Positions 21,917 through 31,943 of a stretch of 32,000 bases of DNA are shown here, one piece after another (position 1 is the first letter of the stretch; every line of letters begins with the position of its first letter). Source of the DNA: Methanothermobacter thermautotrophicus str. Delta H (GTDB lineage Archaea > Methanobacteriota > Methanobacteria > Methanobacteriales > Methanothermobacteraceae); the NCBI RefSeq assembly GCF_000008645.1, contig NC_000916.1:150001-182000 (forward strand). Direction: 5' to 3'. The notes under the pieces were generated by a model, which was not told the origin of the DNA, did no database searches, and saw only the letters and a program-made list of their open reading frames with translations. The translations under genes were made by a program, and so were the position numbers.

Positions 21917-22486
21917 TCAGGTGAATTTTACTGCTATGAAGAAGTAGAGGAAGCATATCACAACAAATATCAGGAGTGCCATGACAGCTGTCTTCAGGAA
22001 TCTGCTGTTAAGGGCGTTCCCCTCACGTTCAGCCAGGAACTCCCTCTGCTCACGCACCTGCGATATGAAGCTCTCTGCCTCCACACCTCCACCGGTCACC
22101 AGGTTGCTGTCAATAATCTCCTCATCAAGGAGCTCGTTAACTATCTCCTTCTGTTCCCTCACATCATCGATTATTCTCTTCTCAGCAACGAATTCCATGA
22201 GGGACCATTTCCCGGTTTTTATCTCTTTGGGGGTTCTCTCCTCATTTTCTATGCTCCTTGAAAGATCCTCAAGGAGTCTAATCCTTTTATCTTCATCCTT
22301 GATTTCACTTTCGGTAGCTTCCGGTTCCTCATAGAACTTCTCGAGTGTATCATAGTATTCAAGTGAACCCCCACATTCACAGGACGAAAAATCAGCTGGA
22401 CTCTCTCCCTCCTGGAGATGATAGTAACCCCCGCATTCTGTACATATGAGGTAGCCCCTGGTTTTTGCAGTGTTCTCATTGGACAA
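21917..22486 (-). CDS. Zinc-ribbon / coiled-coil protein with C-terminal membrane anchor, unknown function
   Basis: [26 protein letters not shown] ribbon; C-terminal [21 protein letters not shown]; TTG start after GGGGGAT. Confidence 0.75.
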   Translation of the reverse strand: MSNENTAKTRGYLICTECGGYYHLQEGESPADFSSCECGGSLEYYDTLEKFYEEPEATESEIKDEDKRIRLLEDLSRSIENEERTPKEIKTGKWSLMEFVAEKRIIDDVREQKEIVNELLDEEIIDSNLVTGGGVEAESFISQVREQREFLAEREGNALNSRFLKTAVMALLIFVVICFLYFFIAVKFT

Positions 22487-22596
22487 CTGTATCCCCCAAC
22501 ACTACTATTTACATTATAATAATTAAGTTTTGTGTATCATTCAATGAAATTCATTGAGGACCATTAATATTAAATGGAAAAAAAGAGGGGGGTTAA

Positions 22597-23307
22597 TCAG
22601 TTGCCCACCCTTTCAAGACCCGTTGATATTAGGAACTGCACAACAGCGCCCTCAGGCACAACGACGATGTTTCCCTGCTGGTACTGCTGTAGACCGGCAT
22701 TCACCATTGCAAGGTACTTTGAGCGGTCCTTTGTTGCGTTGAATATGGCCCTCATGAGTGACTGAATTGCCACACCCCTGGATGAGCCCTGCTGCTGTTC
22801 CTCCCTGAGGAACTGTATGCTGTTTCCTGAAACATAACCCTGACCCTCAACGTAGACGGGTCCTATGGACTGCAGTATGCCGTCAACAGCCTGGGGAGTT
22901 ACTATGACCACTATATCCGTTTTTATGCCTGTATTGTATTCCACTATTTCCTGTGCGAGTCTGGCACCCCTTTCGGTGTCATTCTCCCAGAGGGCATCAT
23001 GCAGGAGCCACCTGCTGACGCCCTGGGCCCTTAGGGATGCAGGGGACTGTGCCGTGGGGTGGGCCATGTTGTGTGGGTACACAGCCGTCACATTGGTTAT
23101 GTTACCCTCATTCATGGTTATTATGAAGGCCATGTCAACGGCACCTATGCCGGGCCTTGGTTCACCGGGATCCGCACAGAGCAGCAGCACATGCTTCTCT
23201 CCCACAAAAACGTTCTGGGAGTTTGTGATGTAATTCTCATACGTCACAACGGAAAGTCCGAGGATTACGATGAAAAGGCCGATTATTATCTTATTCTTGG
23301 TATCCAT
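22597..23307 (-). CDS. Membrane-anchored extracytoplasmic protein resembling LCP/DUF4012 domain proteins
   Basis: 236 aa; N-terminal IIIGLFIVILGLSVVTY; GAVDMAFIITMNEGN; VVIVTPQAVDGILQSIGPVYVEG; SSRGVAIQSLMRAIF pattern. Confidence 0.55.
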   Translation of the reverse strand: MDTKNKIIIGLFIVILGLSVVTYENYITNSQNVFVGEKHVLLLCADPGEPRPGIGAVDMAFIITMNEGNITNVTAVYPHNMAHPTAQSPASLRAQGVSRWLLHDALWENDTERGARLAQEIVEYNTGIKTDIVVIVTPQAVDGILQSIGPVYVEGQGYVSGNSIQFLREEQQQGSSRGVAIQSLMRAIFNATKDRSKYLAMVNAGLQQYQQGNIVVVPEGAVVQFLISTGLERVGN

Positions 23308-23332
23308 GGTTCTACCTTCCTTCAGTGATTTT

Positions 23333-23358
23333 TTTAATGTGTGTCTTTAATGTGTGTC
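23333..23358. repeat. Perfect tandem duplication of TTTAATGTGTGTC
   Basis: Two adjacent 13-nt copies, 23333-23345 and 23346-23358. Confidence 0.9.
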
Positions 23359-23554
23359 AGCAGGATCACTAATTAAAAAATTTCATGTTTATATTATTTT
23401 TCCGTTAACCTAAATTTTCTTATGCAGAAGACATTTATATATTTATTCGCCGTCATCTATTAAAAAGCTGAATCTTATAATACTCATGACCATATATTAA
23501 TCTTGCTGCCTGCGCCGTAACTCTCTAAGACCTGATCATGGAATATGGAGATAA

Positions 23555-24292
<738 letters not shown>

Positions 24293-24368
24293 TAGGACCG
24301 TTAATCGTATTAATTAAATTAATATTAACTGACCGGATGAACAAAAATTATGATCAGGTAGATTTGAA

Positions 24369-25136
24369 ATGTCACCATTAAAGCCCCTTTACAAGCTGTA
24401 CGAATGGTACATATCGCGCAACCTCAGAAGGGACAGAATGCCAAGACATGTTGCCATCATCATGGATGGTAACAGGAGATACTCAAAGCTGCAGGGCAGT
24501 ATGAACCCCATAGAAGGCCATAAGAAGGGCATAGAAACCCTCGAGAAGGTCCTGGACTGGTGCGTGGACCTCGGGATAGAAATAGTAACGGCGTACGCCT
24601 TCTCAACAGAGAACTTCAAGAGACCAGAAAAGGAGGTTAAGGGTCTCATGAAGCTCTTCAGGGAAAACTTCGAGGCCATAGCAAGCAATGAGAAGATACA
24701 TAAGAACAGGGTCAGGGTCAGAGCAGTCGGAAAACTTGAACTCCTCCCGGAGGACGTCAGAAGGGCCATAGAGATCGCTGAGAAGTCAACAGAGCAGTAC
24801 TCAGACCGCCTTGTGAACATAGCCATAGGATATGATGGAAGGCAGGAGATAGTTGACGCCACAAGAAAGATTGCAGAGGATGTTAAGGCGGGTTTGATAG
24901 ACCCGGAGGACATAGACGAGGACATGATAAACAGAAACCTCTACACTGCAGGTCTGGAGGACCCGCACCTGATAATAAGGACCAGTGGCGAGGAAAGACT
25001 CAGTGGCTTCCTGCTCTGGCAGTCATCCTACTCTGAACTCTACTTCTGCGACAGCCTGTGGCCTGAACTCAGGAAGGTAGACTTTTTAAGGGCCATAAGG
25101 TCATATCAGCAGCGTGAGAGAAGGTTCGGCGTCTAG
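24369..25136 (+). CDS. uppS: (2Z,6E)-type polyprenyl / undecaprenyl diphosphate synthase
   Basis: [67 protein letters not shown]. Confidence 0.95.
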
Positions 25137-25192
25137 CACAGCCCCTTGATTCATGGGAGGTATGTAGACGTTATCCATATCAATCACTGATT

Positions 25193-25963
25193 ATGGGAGG
25201 TATCATCATTATAGACGTTCACTGTCACCTTGACTTCAAGGACTTCAACAGGAACCGTGAAGAGGTCATCGAAAGGGCCAGGAGTAAATTGAGGGCTGTT
25301 ATAGATTCAGGGGTTGGTCTCGGGGGTAACAGGAGGGCCCTTGAACTTGCATCCCTCAACCCAGGTTTCATATGCCCTACAATGGGGTTCCACCCGGTTG
25401 ATGCATCAAAGGCAAGACAGGACCTTATAGGGGAGGTTGTCTCGCAGATAGAATCAAATATTGACCTTATAGTTGCAGTTGGGGAGACAGGCATGGACTT
25501 CCACCACACCCGTGATGAGGAGGGTAGAAGAAGGCAGGAGGAGACCTTCAGGGTATTTGTGGAACTCGCAGCTGAACATGAAATGCCCCTGGTGGTCCAT
25601 GCAAGGGACGCTGAGGAGAGGGCCCTTGAAACTGTCCTTGAATACAGGGTACCCGAGGTAATCTTTCACTGCTATGGTGGAAGCATTGAAACAGCCCGCA
25701 GGATACTGGATGAGGGATATTACATATCCATCTCGACACTTGTGGCATTTTCAGAGCACCACATGGAACTTGTGAGGGCAATCCCCCTTGAGGGCATGTT
25801 AACGGAGACAGACAGCCCCTACCTTTCACCCTTCAGGGGAAAACGTAACGAGCCAGCCTTCGTGGAGGAAGCTGTCAGGGCGATAGCCAGAATCAAGGAC
25901 ATGGACCTTGAGGATGTTGACAGTATCACAACAGCAAATGCAGAAAGAGTGTTTGGTTTATAG
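25193..25963 (+). CDS. TatD family hydrolase (start codon uncertain)
   Basis: IDVHCHLDF, GETGMDFHH, PLVVHARDAEE, HCYGGS, LTETDSPYLSP. Confidence 0.9.
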   Translation: MGGIIIIDVHCHLDFKDFNRNREEVIERARSKLRAVIDSGVGLGGNRRALELASLNPGFICPTMGFHPVDASKARQDLIGEVVSQIESNIDLIVAVGETGMDFHHTRDEEGRRRQEETFRVFVELAAEHEMPLVVHARDAEERALETVLEYRVPEVIFHCYGGSIETARRILDEGYYISISTLVAFSEHHMELVRAIPLEGMLTETDSPYLSPFRGKRNEPAFVEEAVRAIARIKDMDLEDVDSITTANAERVFGL

Positions 25964-26028
25964 GACTCCCGGGGCTGAGAGTCCCATTATTTTTTCTCTT
26001 TTAGAGTTCATCAGCTTTGAGTCTATTT

Positions 26029-26406
26029 TCAAACTTCAGCAGGGTCATTCTCCGTGAAAACCTCCTTCGCTGCAAGCACAGCATTTATGGCTGCAGGGAA
26101 ACCCGCGTATACGGCCATCTGTATCATGACCTCTATGATCTCATCCTTACTGCAGCCAGCATTTAGGGCTCCCCGCACATGGCTCTTCAGCTGATCATCG
26201 GCCCTCAGTACTGTGAGGGCGGCAAGGGTCAAAAGTTCCCTTGTTTTAAGGTCAAGCACGCCCCTGGAGTAGACATCTCCGTATGCAAATTCAGCAACAA
26301 AGCGTGCAAGGTCCGGTGCAACATCCTCAAGTTCATCCCTGATGGCGGTGTAGGATTTCCTGTTCATTCTGTTGAGTATCTCCATTCCCCTCCTGTACCT
26401 CTCCAT
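26029..26406 (-). CDS. Carboxymuconolactone decarboxylase / AhpD-like family protein
   Basis: 125 aa; [71 protein letters not shown]. Confidence 0.9.
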   Translation of the reverse strand: MERYRRGMEILNRMNRKSYTAIRDELEDVAPDLARFVAEFAYGDVYSRGVLDLKTRELLTLAALTVLRADDQLKSHVRGALNAGCSKDEIIEVMIQMAVYAGFPAAINAVLAAKEVFTENDPAEV

Positions 26407-26499
26407 GGTTCAACCTCCACTGGTTTCATCATTCTTCGACTTAAAATTCCACATTAATTTATAGGATGACATCTATAAATAGGTCGGAGGAGGAAGGCC

Positions 26500-27150
26500 A
26501 TGAGACCCTACGTTATACTCAACGCAGCCATGACACTTGATGGTAAGATTGCAACGGCAACAGGGAGCTCTGAGATATCTGGTGAGGAGGATCTCAGGAG
26601 GGTCCATGAACTCAGAAGGGAGTGTGACGCCATAATGGTGGGCATAAACACGGTGCTGGCGGATGACCCGCGCCTCACAGTCCACAGGGTAGATGCAGCC
26701 CCCGGGGATAATCCGGTCAGGGTTGTGGTTGACAGCATGGCCAGGACACCCCCCCATTTCAGGGTACTTAACGATGAGGCCCCGACGGTGATAGGTGTTT
26801 CAGAGAGCGCCCCGCCTGAGAGGGTTGCTGAGCTCAGAAAAAGGGCTGAAGTGGTTGTTGCAGGGACCCGGCGGGTCGATCTCCATCTTTTACTTGAACG
26901 GCTGCATGGTATGGGGATAGAGAGACTTATGCTGGAGGGCGGATCGACACTCAACTACTCCATGCTGACCGGTGGCCTGGTGGATGAGGTCCGGGTCTGC
27001 ATAGCACCGATGATAGTTGGGGGCAGGGATGCCAGGACCCTTGTGGATGGTGAGGGTATAGATGAGATGGCAGATGCCATAAGACTTGAACTTAAACGGT
27101 CCTACACCCTGGGTGAGGACCTCATAGTGGAATACACTGTAAAAGGTTAG
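26500..27150 (+). CDS. arfC: 2,5-diamino-6-(ribosylamino)-4(3H)-pyrimidinone 5'-phosphate reductase (archaeal RibD reductase type)
   Basis: PYVILNAAMTLDGKIAT, CDAIMVGINTVLADDPRLTVH, MLEGGSTLNYSMLTGGLVDEVRVCIAPMIVGG. Confidence 0.92.
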   Translation: MRPYVILNAAMTLDGKIATATGSSEISGEEDLRRVHELRRECDAIMVGINTVLADDPRLTVHRVDAAPGDNPVRVVVDSMARTPPHFRVLNDEAPTVIGVSESAPPERVAELRKRAEVVVAGTRRVDLHLLLERLHGMGIERLMLEGGSTLNYSMLTGGLVDEVRVCIAPMIVGGRDARTLVDGEGIDEMADAIRLELKRSYTLGEDLIVEYTVKG

Positions 27151-27161
27151 ACGTGGTTTTC

Positions 27162-27698
27162 ATGCTCGAGGACATATATGAGAGGATAGTAAGGATCAGG
27201 GAAGAGGGCTGCAGGGAATGCCTGAAGGTTGTCTGCAGGATGGATGATTTTCAGTTCAACCAGCTCATGTCAAGGCTTGATCTTCAGATCGAGATAACAT
27301 CAAGGTACAGTCCACCGGTGAGGCCCGCCCTGGACCCAATGATATCAACGGAGCTCGGTGTCTATCGTGGCGATGATGAGAACATAGGTAGACTCCTGGG
27401 ATACCCTGAATGCTGCATCAGGAGTTTCTCAGAGAATACCCGGTACGCAATCGATGGGGAACATCTTGCAGAGGTCAGTGAACTTGATATCCCTGAGGGT
27501 AAATGTGCCATCATAATGCCATCGGGTTTCATACCATGCAGCCTCAGGTGCCAGGAGGCCTGGGAGAGGAAACTCATAGGCTTTGCAGACAGGGATGAAT
27601 TCAGGAGGATACTTGAACTTGAGGATGAACTCATGATGAGACTCCCCCATTTCCACCTGGCATATGATGAATACTTTGAGAAGATAGTCCTCGAGTAA
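27162..27698 (+). CDS. DUF483-like uncharacterised protein
   Basis: LGYPECCIRSFSENTR, conserved Cys positions; overlaps closely with the end of arfC (GTG 27153 or ATG 27162 start). Confidence 0.65.
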   Translation: MLEDIYERIVRIREEGCRECLKVVCRMDDFQFNQLMSRLDLQIEITSRYSPPVRPALDPMISTELGVYRGDDENIGRLLGYPECCIRSFSENTRYAIDGEHLAEVSELDIPEGKCAIIMPSGFIPCSLRCQEAWERKLIGFADRDEFRRILELEDELMMRLPHFHLAYDEYFEKIVLE

Positions 27699-27798
27699 AA
27701 AAACTATTATTTTATGGGTGGCCCTGATCCATCCGAGCTTTCCAGAACACCCAGGTATTACATTCTAACAGCTAATTTTTAAAGTTGTTCATACTTTT

Positions 27799-27823
27799 AA
27801 TCTTTTAATTAAGATTTAAATAT
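27799..27823 (+). promoter_or_regulatory. Inverted repeat AATCTT-TTAATT-AAGATT next to a TATA-like ATTTAAATAT upstream of the CobN-like gene
   Basis: Arms 27799-27804 and 27811-27816 read directly; TATA-like element overlaps the right arm. Confidence 0.4.
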
Positions 27824-27889
27824 CGGGCACTCTAAATTCTTTACGATTTTACATCAGTGAATTATGATAAAAGTCAAGGAGGTGAAAAC

Positions 27890-30800
27890 ATGAAGAGGTT
27901 TCTGTTAATTGCATTGATCCTGCTACTGATTTCAGTCCCATCGGTATCTGCAGCAGACAACAACACAACATCCAACACCACAGAATCAAAGATGCTGAAG
28001 GATACTGAGATGGTTGTGCTACTGACAGGCTGCGTTGTGGGCACGGTCGACCCCATAATGAATGAAGCCTACCGTAATGACCTCCTGCCCGCTGGCTACA
28101 ACTTCACACTGAAGATCTACACCATGGACACCTTCAACATCAACTCAACGGCATCCACCCAGTTCAAAAACGACCTTAAAACTGTGGACATATTCTTTAT
28201 CTTCACAAGACCCGGGTATCCAACGACCGGTATGAGTTACGGGACAGAATTCGATGCTCTGGTTGACCTGCAGGCCATCGCAGCCAGCCTAAAACCAGGA
28301 GCGCGGATATTCGTCCTGGGACCTGTGAAACCCAATATCACGGGTGTTAACGTGACGAACCTTCCAGCCTACGGGCCGGTGGCTGCGCCTGCACTCTCCC
28401 GTGAGAACATAAAGAGGACGCTCCTTGAGGTTCTCAGGCTCAGCGGAGCCGTGAACCTGACGGCTAATGATACAAAACTTGTGCCCGGGATGCAGGACTT
28501 CCTCTACCATCCGCTGGCACCGCAGGTCTACACAGACAGGGCACCCTACATGGACTGGTACATGAACACCACCCTCTACAGGCCAGGGGCCCCATGGGTG
28601 GGTGTGGCAATACTGAACCGGTACTACCTGTCTGGCAACATGGACGTCTATGAGACCCTCATCCAGAAGCTTGAATCCCGTGGACTCAACGTGATACCCT
28701 ACTTCTACTGCTCAGACCCCATCGGGGCATCAAGGCGCTTCTTCATGGTCAACAACACTTCAGTCATCGATGCGCTTGTTGCATGTGTCCAGTTCGGGTA
28801 CTGGCCAGACAACCAGACCATAACCTTCTTCACGGACCTCAACGTACCGGTACAGGGACCACTCCCTGTCTTCCTCCAGACATCCCTCGACGATTACATA
28901 AACAGCACACGACAGCAGGGACTCAGGGGCCTTGAATACTACTGGCTTTCAATGTTTGAGATGCAGGGACGTATAGAGCCCATCCTCATAGGCGGAAGCC
29001 GCATATCAGGTCCTGATCCACTGACAGGTGTCACCATCAAGGAGTACGTGGCCTATGAACCGGGTATAGACCAGCTCGTTAACCGCACACTCGCCTGGGT
29101 GAACCTCAGGAAGAAGGCGAACAGTGACAAGAAGCTGGCTATGGTCTACTTTGACAGCACCCATGATGAGGGAATGCCTGCAACCAACGGCCTCAACCTC
29201 TACAGGAGTCTCAGCAACATACTCCTCGCCATGAGGGCCGCAGGTCACAGCACCGGCAACGGAAACCTGACCGAGGAATACATCTATGAACTCATAAACA
29301 GGGCAGGCAGGAACCCCAGGAACATGACACAGACAGAACTCAGAAAACTCGTGGATGCAGGCTGCATAACCATACCGGTATCAGAGTACCTCAAATGGTA
29401 TTCTGGACTGCCAGCATCACTCAGAGGACAGGTGGAAGCACTCTGGGGACCCGCACCAGGAAACATCATGATATACAATAACAGCATAGTCATCCCCGGC
29501 ATCATGATGGGCAACATACTCTTGGCGCCCCAGCCGGTCTGGAAGTGGAACGGTACACTCAACAACGGCACACTGCCACCGACACACCAGTTCATAGCCT
29601 TCTACCTCTACCTGCAGAAGGGATTCGGGGCTGACGCCGTCGTCCACATAGGACAGCACGGGACACTGGAACTCCTTCCGGGACACGTGAATGCAATGAC
29701 AGAGGACGACTGGCCAAACACCCTGATCGGTTCGATTCCAAACATACACCTGCTCAAAATGGAGGACCCTCTGGAGGCGGTCATAAACCCCACCAAGAGA
29801 AGGGCATATGCTGTCACGATCTCCTACCTCATCCCACCGGTCATGAGGACAGAGCTTTACGGTGTCTACCAGGAACTCTCAGATCTCATGGGATCCTACA
29901 GCACAGCAGAGGCATCAGGAGACACTGACAGAATGAACAGCCTGGAGTCCCTCATCAGGGATGGTGTGACGAGGGCCGGACTTGAGGTAAGGCTCGGTGT
30001 GAACAGCTCCACAGCCTTCAGTGTCCTCAGAGACAGGCTCCATGAGTACCTCGAGGAACTTTCAGGGATACTGACACCCTACGGCCTTCACACCTTCGGA
30101 GAACTGCCAGACAGTGAAACCCTTGAGAAATTCATAGACGCAATAATATCCTTCGACCCTGCAAACAGGACAGCCAGAAGGGATGAGATAAGGAACCTTC
30201 TGATTATGAGCGCCAGTAATGAGATGAACTCACTCCTGAGGGCACTTAACGGTGAATTCATACAGCCAGTATCAGCAAGAAGCCCGGTCATCAACCTGGA
30301 GACCCTTCCAACGGGCCGCAACATGTACACCTTTGACCCCTCATCAATCCCTGACCCCGCAGCAGTGGTCATAGGATCAAGGGCTGCCGAGGAGATGCTG
30401 AAGCGCTACAGGAATTCCAGCGGTGGAAGGTACCCTGAGACAGTGGCCGTGGATATAGGTGATGTGATATCAACTGGCGGTCAGAGCATAGCAGCGATAT
30501 TCTACTTCCTGGGAGTCAGACCCATCTATGAGAGCGGAGCCCTCATAGGTACAGAGATCATACCCCTCAGTGAACTTGGAAGACCGAGGATAGACGTTGT
30601 GATAAGTGACTTCCACAACTTCCGTGGAGCAATCCCTGCCACCATGGACGTAATCGACAATACAATAAAGAGGATAGTGAACCTCAACGAGTCATCTGAG
30701 ATGAACTATGTGAGGAAGCACTACCTCGCAATGAAAGCAGGCATCTACGCTGAACTTGTCGCAGCAGGGATGAACACTTCCGAAGCGGATGCAAATGCGG

Positions 30801-31822
30801 ATAGACTTGCAAGGACAAGGATCTTCGGACTTCCACCCGGTGCCGACCCCCATGGAGCAGGTGTTGACAGGATACTCTGGTCAAGGGACGACTGGACTCC
30901 AGAGCAGCTTGCTGAGACATACCTCAGCTACTACTCCTATGCCTATGGAAGAGATTTAAATGGAGTCCAGAGCCCGAAACTCCTGGAGTCACTCCTGCGC
31001 ACAGTTGACACCACCATGGTCATAAGTCCCTACAGGGCACCCGGTGAGGGCACCTGCCTCTACAGGGTCTCAGTCACCGTGAACTTCATGGTGAACTACC
31101 TCACAGGGAGGAACATAAACAGCTACATTGCAAGGACAGCCTACGGTACACCCCTGATAAGGACACTGCAGGAGTCAACCTACGATGACCTTGCGGTGAC
31201 ACTGCTCAACCCGGTCTGGGTACAGGGCAAACTCCGTGAGGGGCCATCTGGAAGTGCTTCAATAGCACTGCAGGTGAGGGACCTGTTCACCAGCGACGCC
31301 CTGGTGGATGTGGCATCCCCTGATGTCTGGAGGAGAATAGCAGACACTTTCCTCTTTGACAGCTCTGTAAGGTCACAGTTTGATCCATCAGCCCTCCAGA
31401 TGATTGCAAGGTATGTGAGGCAGGCCCATACCAGGGGTCTTGTATCCCTTTCACAGGAGGAACTTGTAGCCATCTCAGAGATGCTCGGTGAGAAATCCGG
31501 CTCTGATGGAAATGACCAGGGAACCACCACAACACCACATGGCGGTACAACCGGCGGTTCAGCCACATCAGGCGGAAGAACAGGCACTGGGTCCCCAGGG
31601 CTATCTCCAGGTGTATCAGGTGCCATATCCATGGATTCACAGTCCAGCGGAGCAGCATCAGCTTCTCCGGGTGAGGGACAGGAGAGGGCAGGACGCTCCT
31701 ATGAGATATCAACACCCACGGCTGCGAAATCATCAGGCACCCAGCTATACGCCATTGCAGGCATAATCGGGCTATTCTGTCTCCTCGGAGTGGGCTACTA
31801 CTTCGGTCCCATGAGAAAATAA
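27890..31822 (+). CDS. CobN / magnesium chelatase H-family protein with signal peptide, low-complexity linker and C-terminal transmembrane anchor
   Basis: 1310 aa from ATG 27890 (GGAGGTG upstream). N-terminus MKRFLLIALILLLISVPSVSAADNNTT; core HIGQHGTLELLPGHVNAMTEDDWPNTLIGSIPNIH, PVMRTELYGVYQELSDLMGSY, VAVDIGDVISTGGQSIAAIFYFLGVRP, DVVISDFHNFRG; C-terminus LYAIAGIIGLFCLLGVGYYFGPMRK. Confidence 0.88.
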   Translation: MKRFLLIALILLLISVPSVSAADNNTTSNTTESKMLKDTEMVVLLTGCVVGTVDPIMNEAYRNDLLPAGYNFTLKIYTMDTFNINSTASTQFKNDLKTVDIFFIFTRPGYPTTGMSYGTEFDALVDLQAIAASLKPGARIFVLGPVKPNITGVNVTNLPAYGPVAAPALSRENIKRTLLEVLRLSGAVNLTANDTKLVPGMQDFLYHPLAPQVYTDRAPYMDWYMNTTLYRPGAPWVGVAILNRYYLSGNMDVYETLIQKLESRGLNVIPYFYCSDPIGASRRFFMVNNTSVIDALVACVQFGYWPDNQTITFFTDLNVPVQGPLPVFLQTSLDDYINSTRQQGLRGLEYYWLSMFEMQGRIEPILIGGSRISGPDPLTGVTIKEYVAYEPGIDQLVNRTLAWVNLRKKANSDKKLAMVYFDSTHDEGMPATNGLNLYRSLSNILLAMRAAGHSTGNGNLTEEYIYELINRAGRNPRNMTQTELRKLVDAGCITIPVSEYLKWYSGLPASLRGQVEALWGPAPGNIMIYNNSIVIPGIMMGNILLAPQPVWKWNGTLNNGTLPPTHQFIAFYLYLQKGFGADAVVHIGQHGTLELLPGHVNAMTEDDWPNTLIGSIPNIHLLKMEDPLEAVINPTKRRAYAVTISYLIPPVMRTELYGVYQELSDLMGSYSTAEASGDTDRMNSLESLIRDGVTRAGLEVRLGVNSSTAFSVLRDRLHEYLEELSGILTPYGLHTFGELPDSETLEKFIDAIISFDPANRTARRDEIRNLLIMSASNEMNSLLRALNGEFIQPVSARSPVINLETLPTGRNMYTFDPSSIPDPAAVVIGSRAAEEMLKRYRNSSGGRYPETVAVDIGDVISTGGQSIAAIFYFLGVRPIYESGALIGTEIIPLSELGRPRIDVVISDFHNFRGAIPATMDVIDNTIKRIVNLNESSEMNYVRKHYLAMKAGIYAELVAAGMNTSEADANADRLARTRIFGLPPGADPHGAGVDRILWSRDDWTPEQLAETYLSYYSYAYGRDLNGVQSPKLLESLLRTVDTTMVISPYRAPGEGTCLYRVSVTVNFMVNYLTGRNINSYIARTAYGTPLIRTLQESTYDDLAVTLLNPVWVQGKLREGPSGSASIALQVRDLFTSDALVDVASPDVWRRIADTFLFDSSVRSQFDPSALQMIARYVRQAHTRGLVSLSQEELVAISEMLGEKSGSDGNDQGTTTTPHGGTTGGSATSGGRTGTGSPGLSPGVSGAISMDSQSSGAASASPGEGQERAGRSYEISTPTAAKSSGTQLYAIAGIIGLFCLLGVGYYFGPMRK

Positions 31823-31832
31823 ATTCTATTCC

Positions 31833-31844
31833 TTTTTATTTTTT
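31833..31844 (+). terminator. T-rich tract (TTTTTATTTTTT) downstream of the CobN-like gene
   Basis: T5 and T6 runs 11 nt after the stop codon, typical of archaeal termination. Confidence 0.5.
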
Positions 31845-31915
31845 GGCTCTAAGAACCGAACTAATTCTTACGCATTATGTGACTTACCTAATAAGTGTAC
31901 TAGCTCTGAATCTTC

Positions 31916-31943
31916 TAGGTAAAGACTTTTGGTGGTTTACCTA
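31916..31943. repeat. 8-bp perfect inverted repeat TAGGTAAA-(12 nt)-TTTACCTA
   Basis: Arms 31916-31923 and 31936-31943; further TTACCTAA and AATTAGG elements nearby (about 31884-31891 and 31954-31960). Confidence 0.7.

Noticed and set aside
31180-31766. Long ORFs (150 aa, 148 aa on -; 92 aa on +) in the 3' part of the CobN-like gene
   Set aside because: They arise from the repetitive Gly/Ser/Thr linker and coding bias; no recognised domain and no ribosome-binding site.
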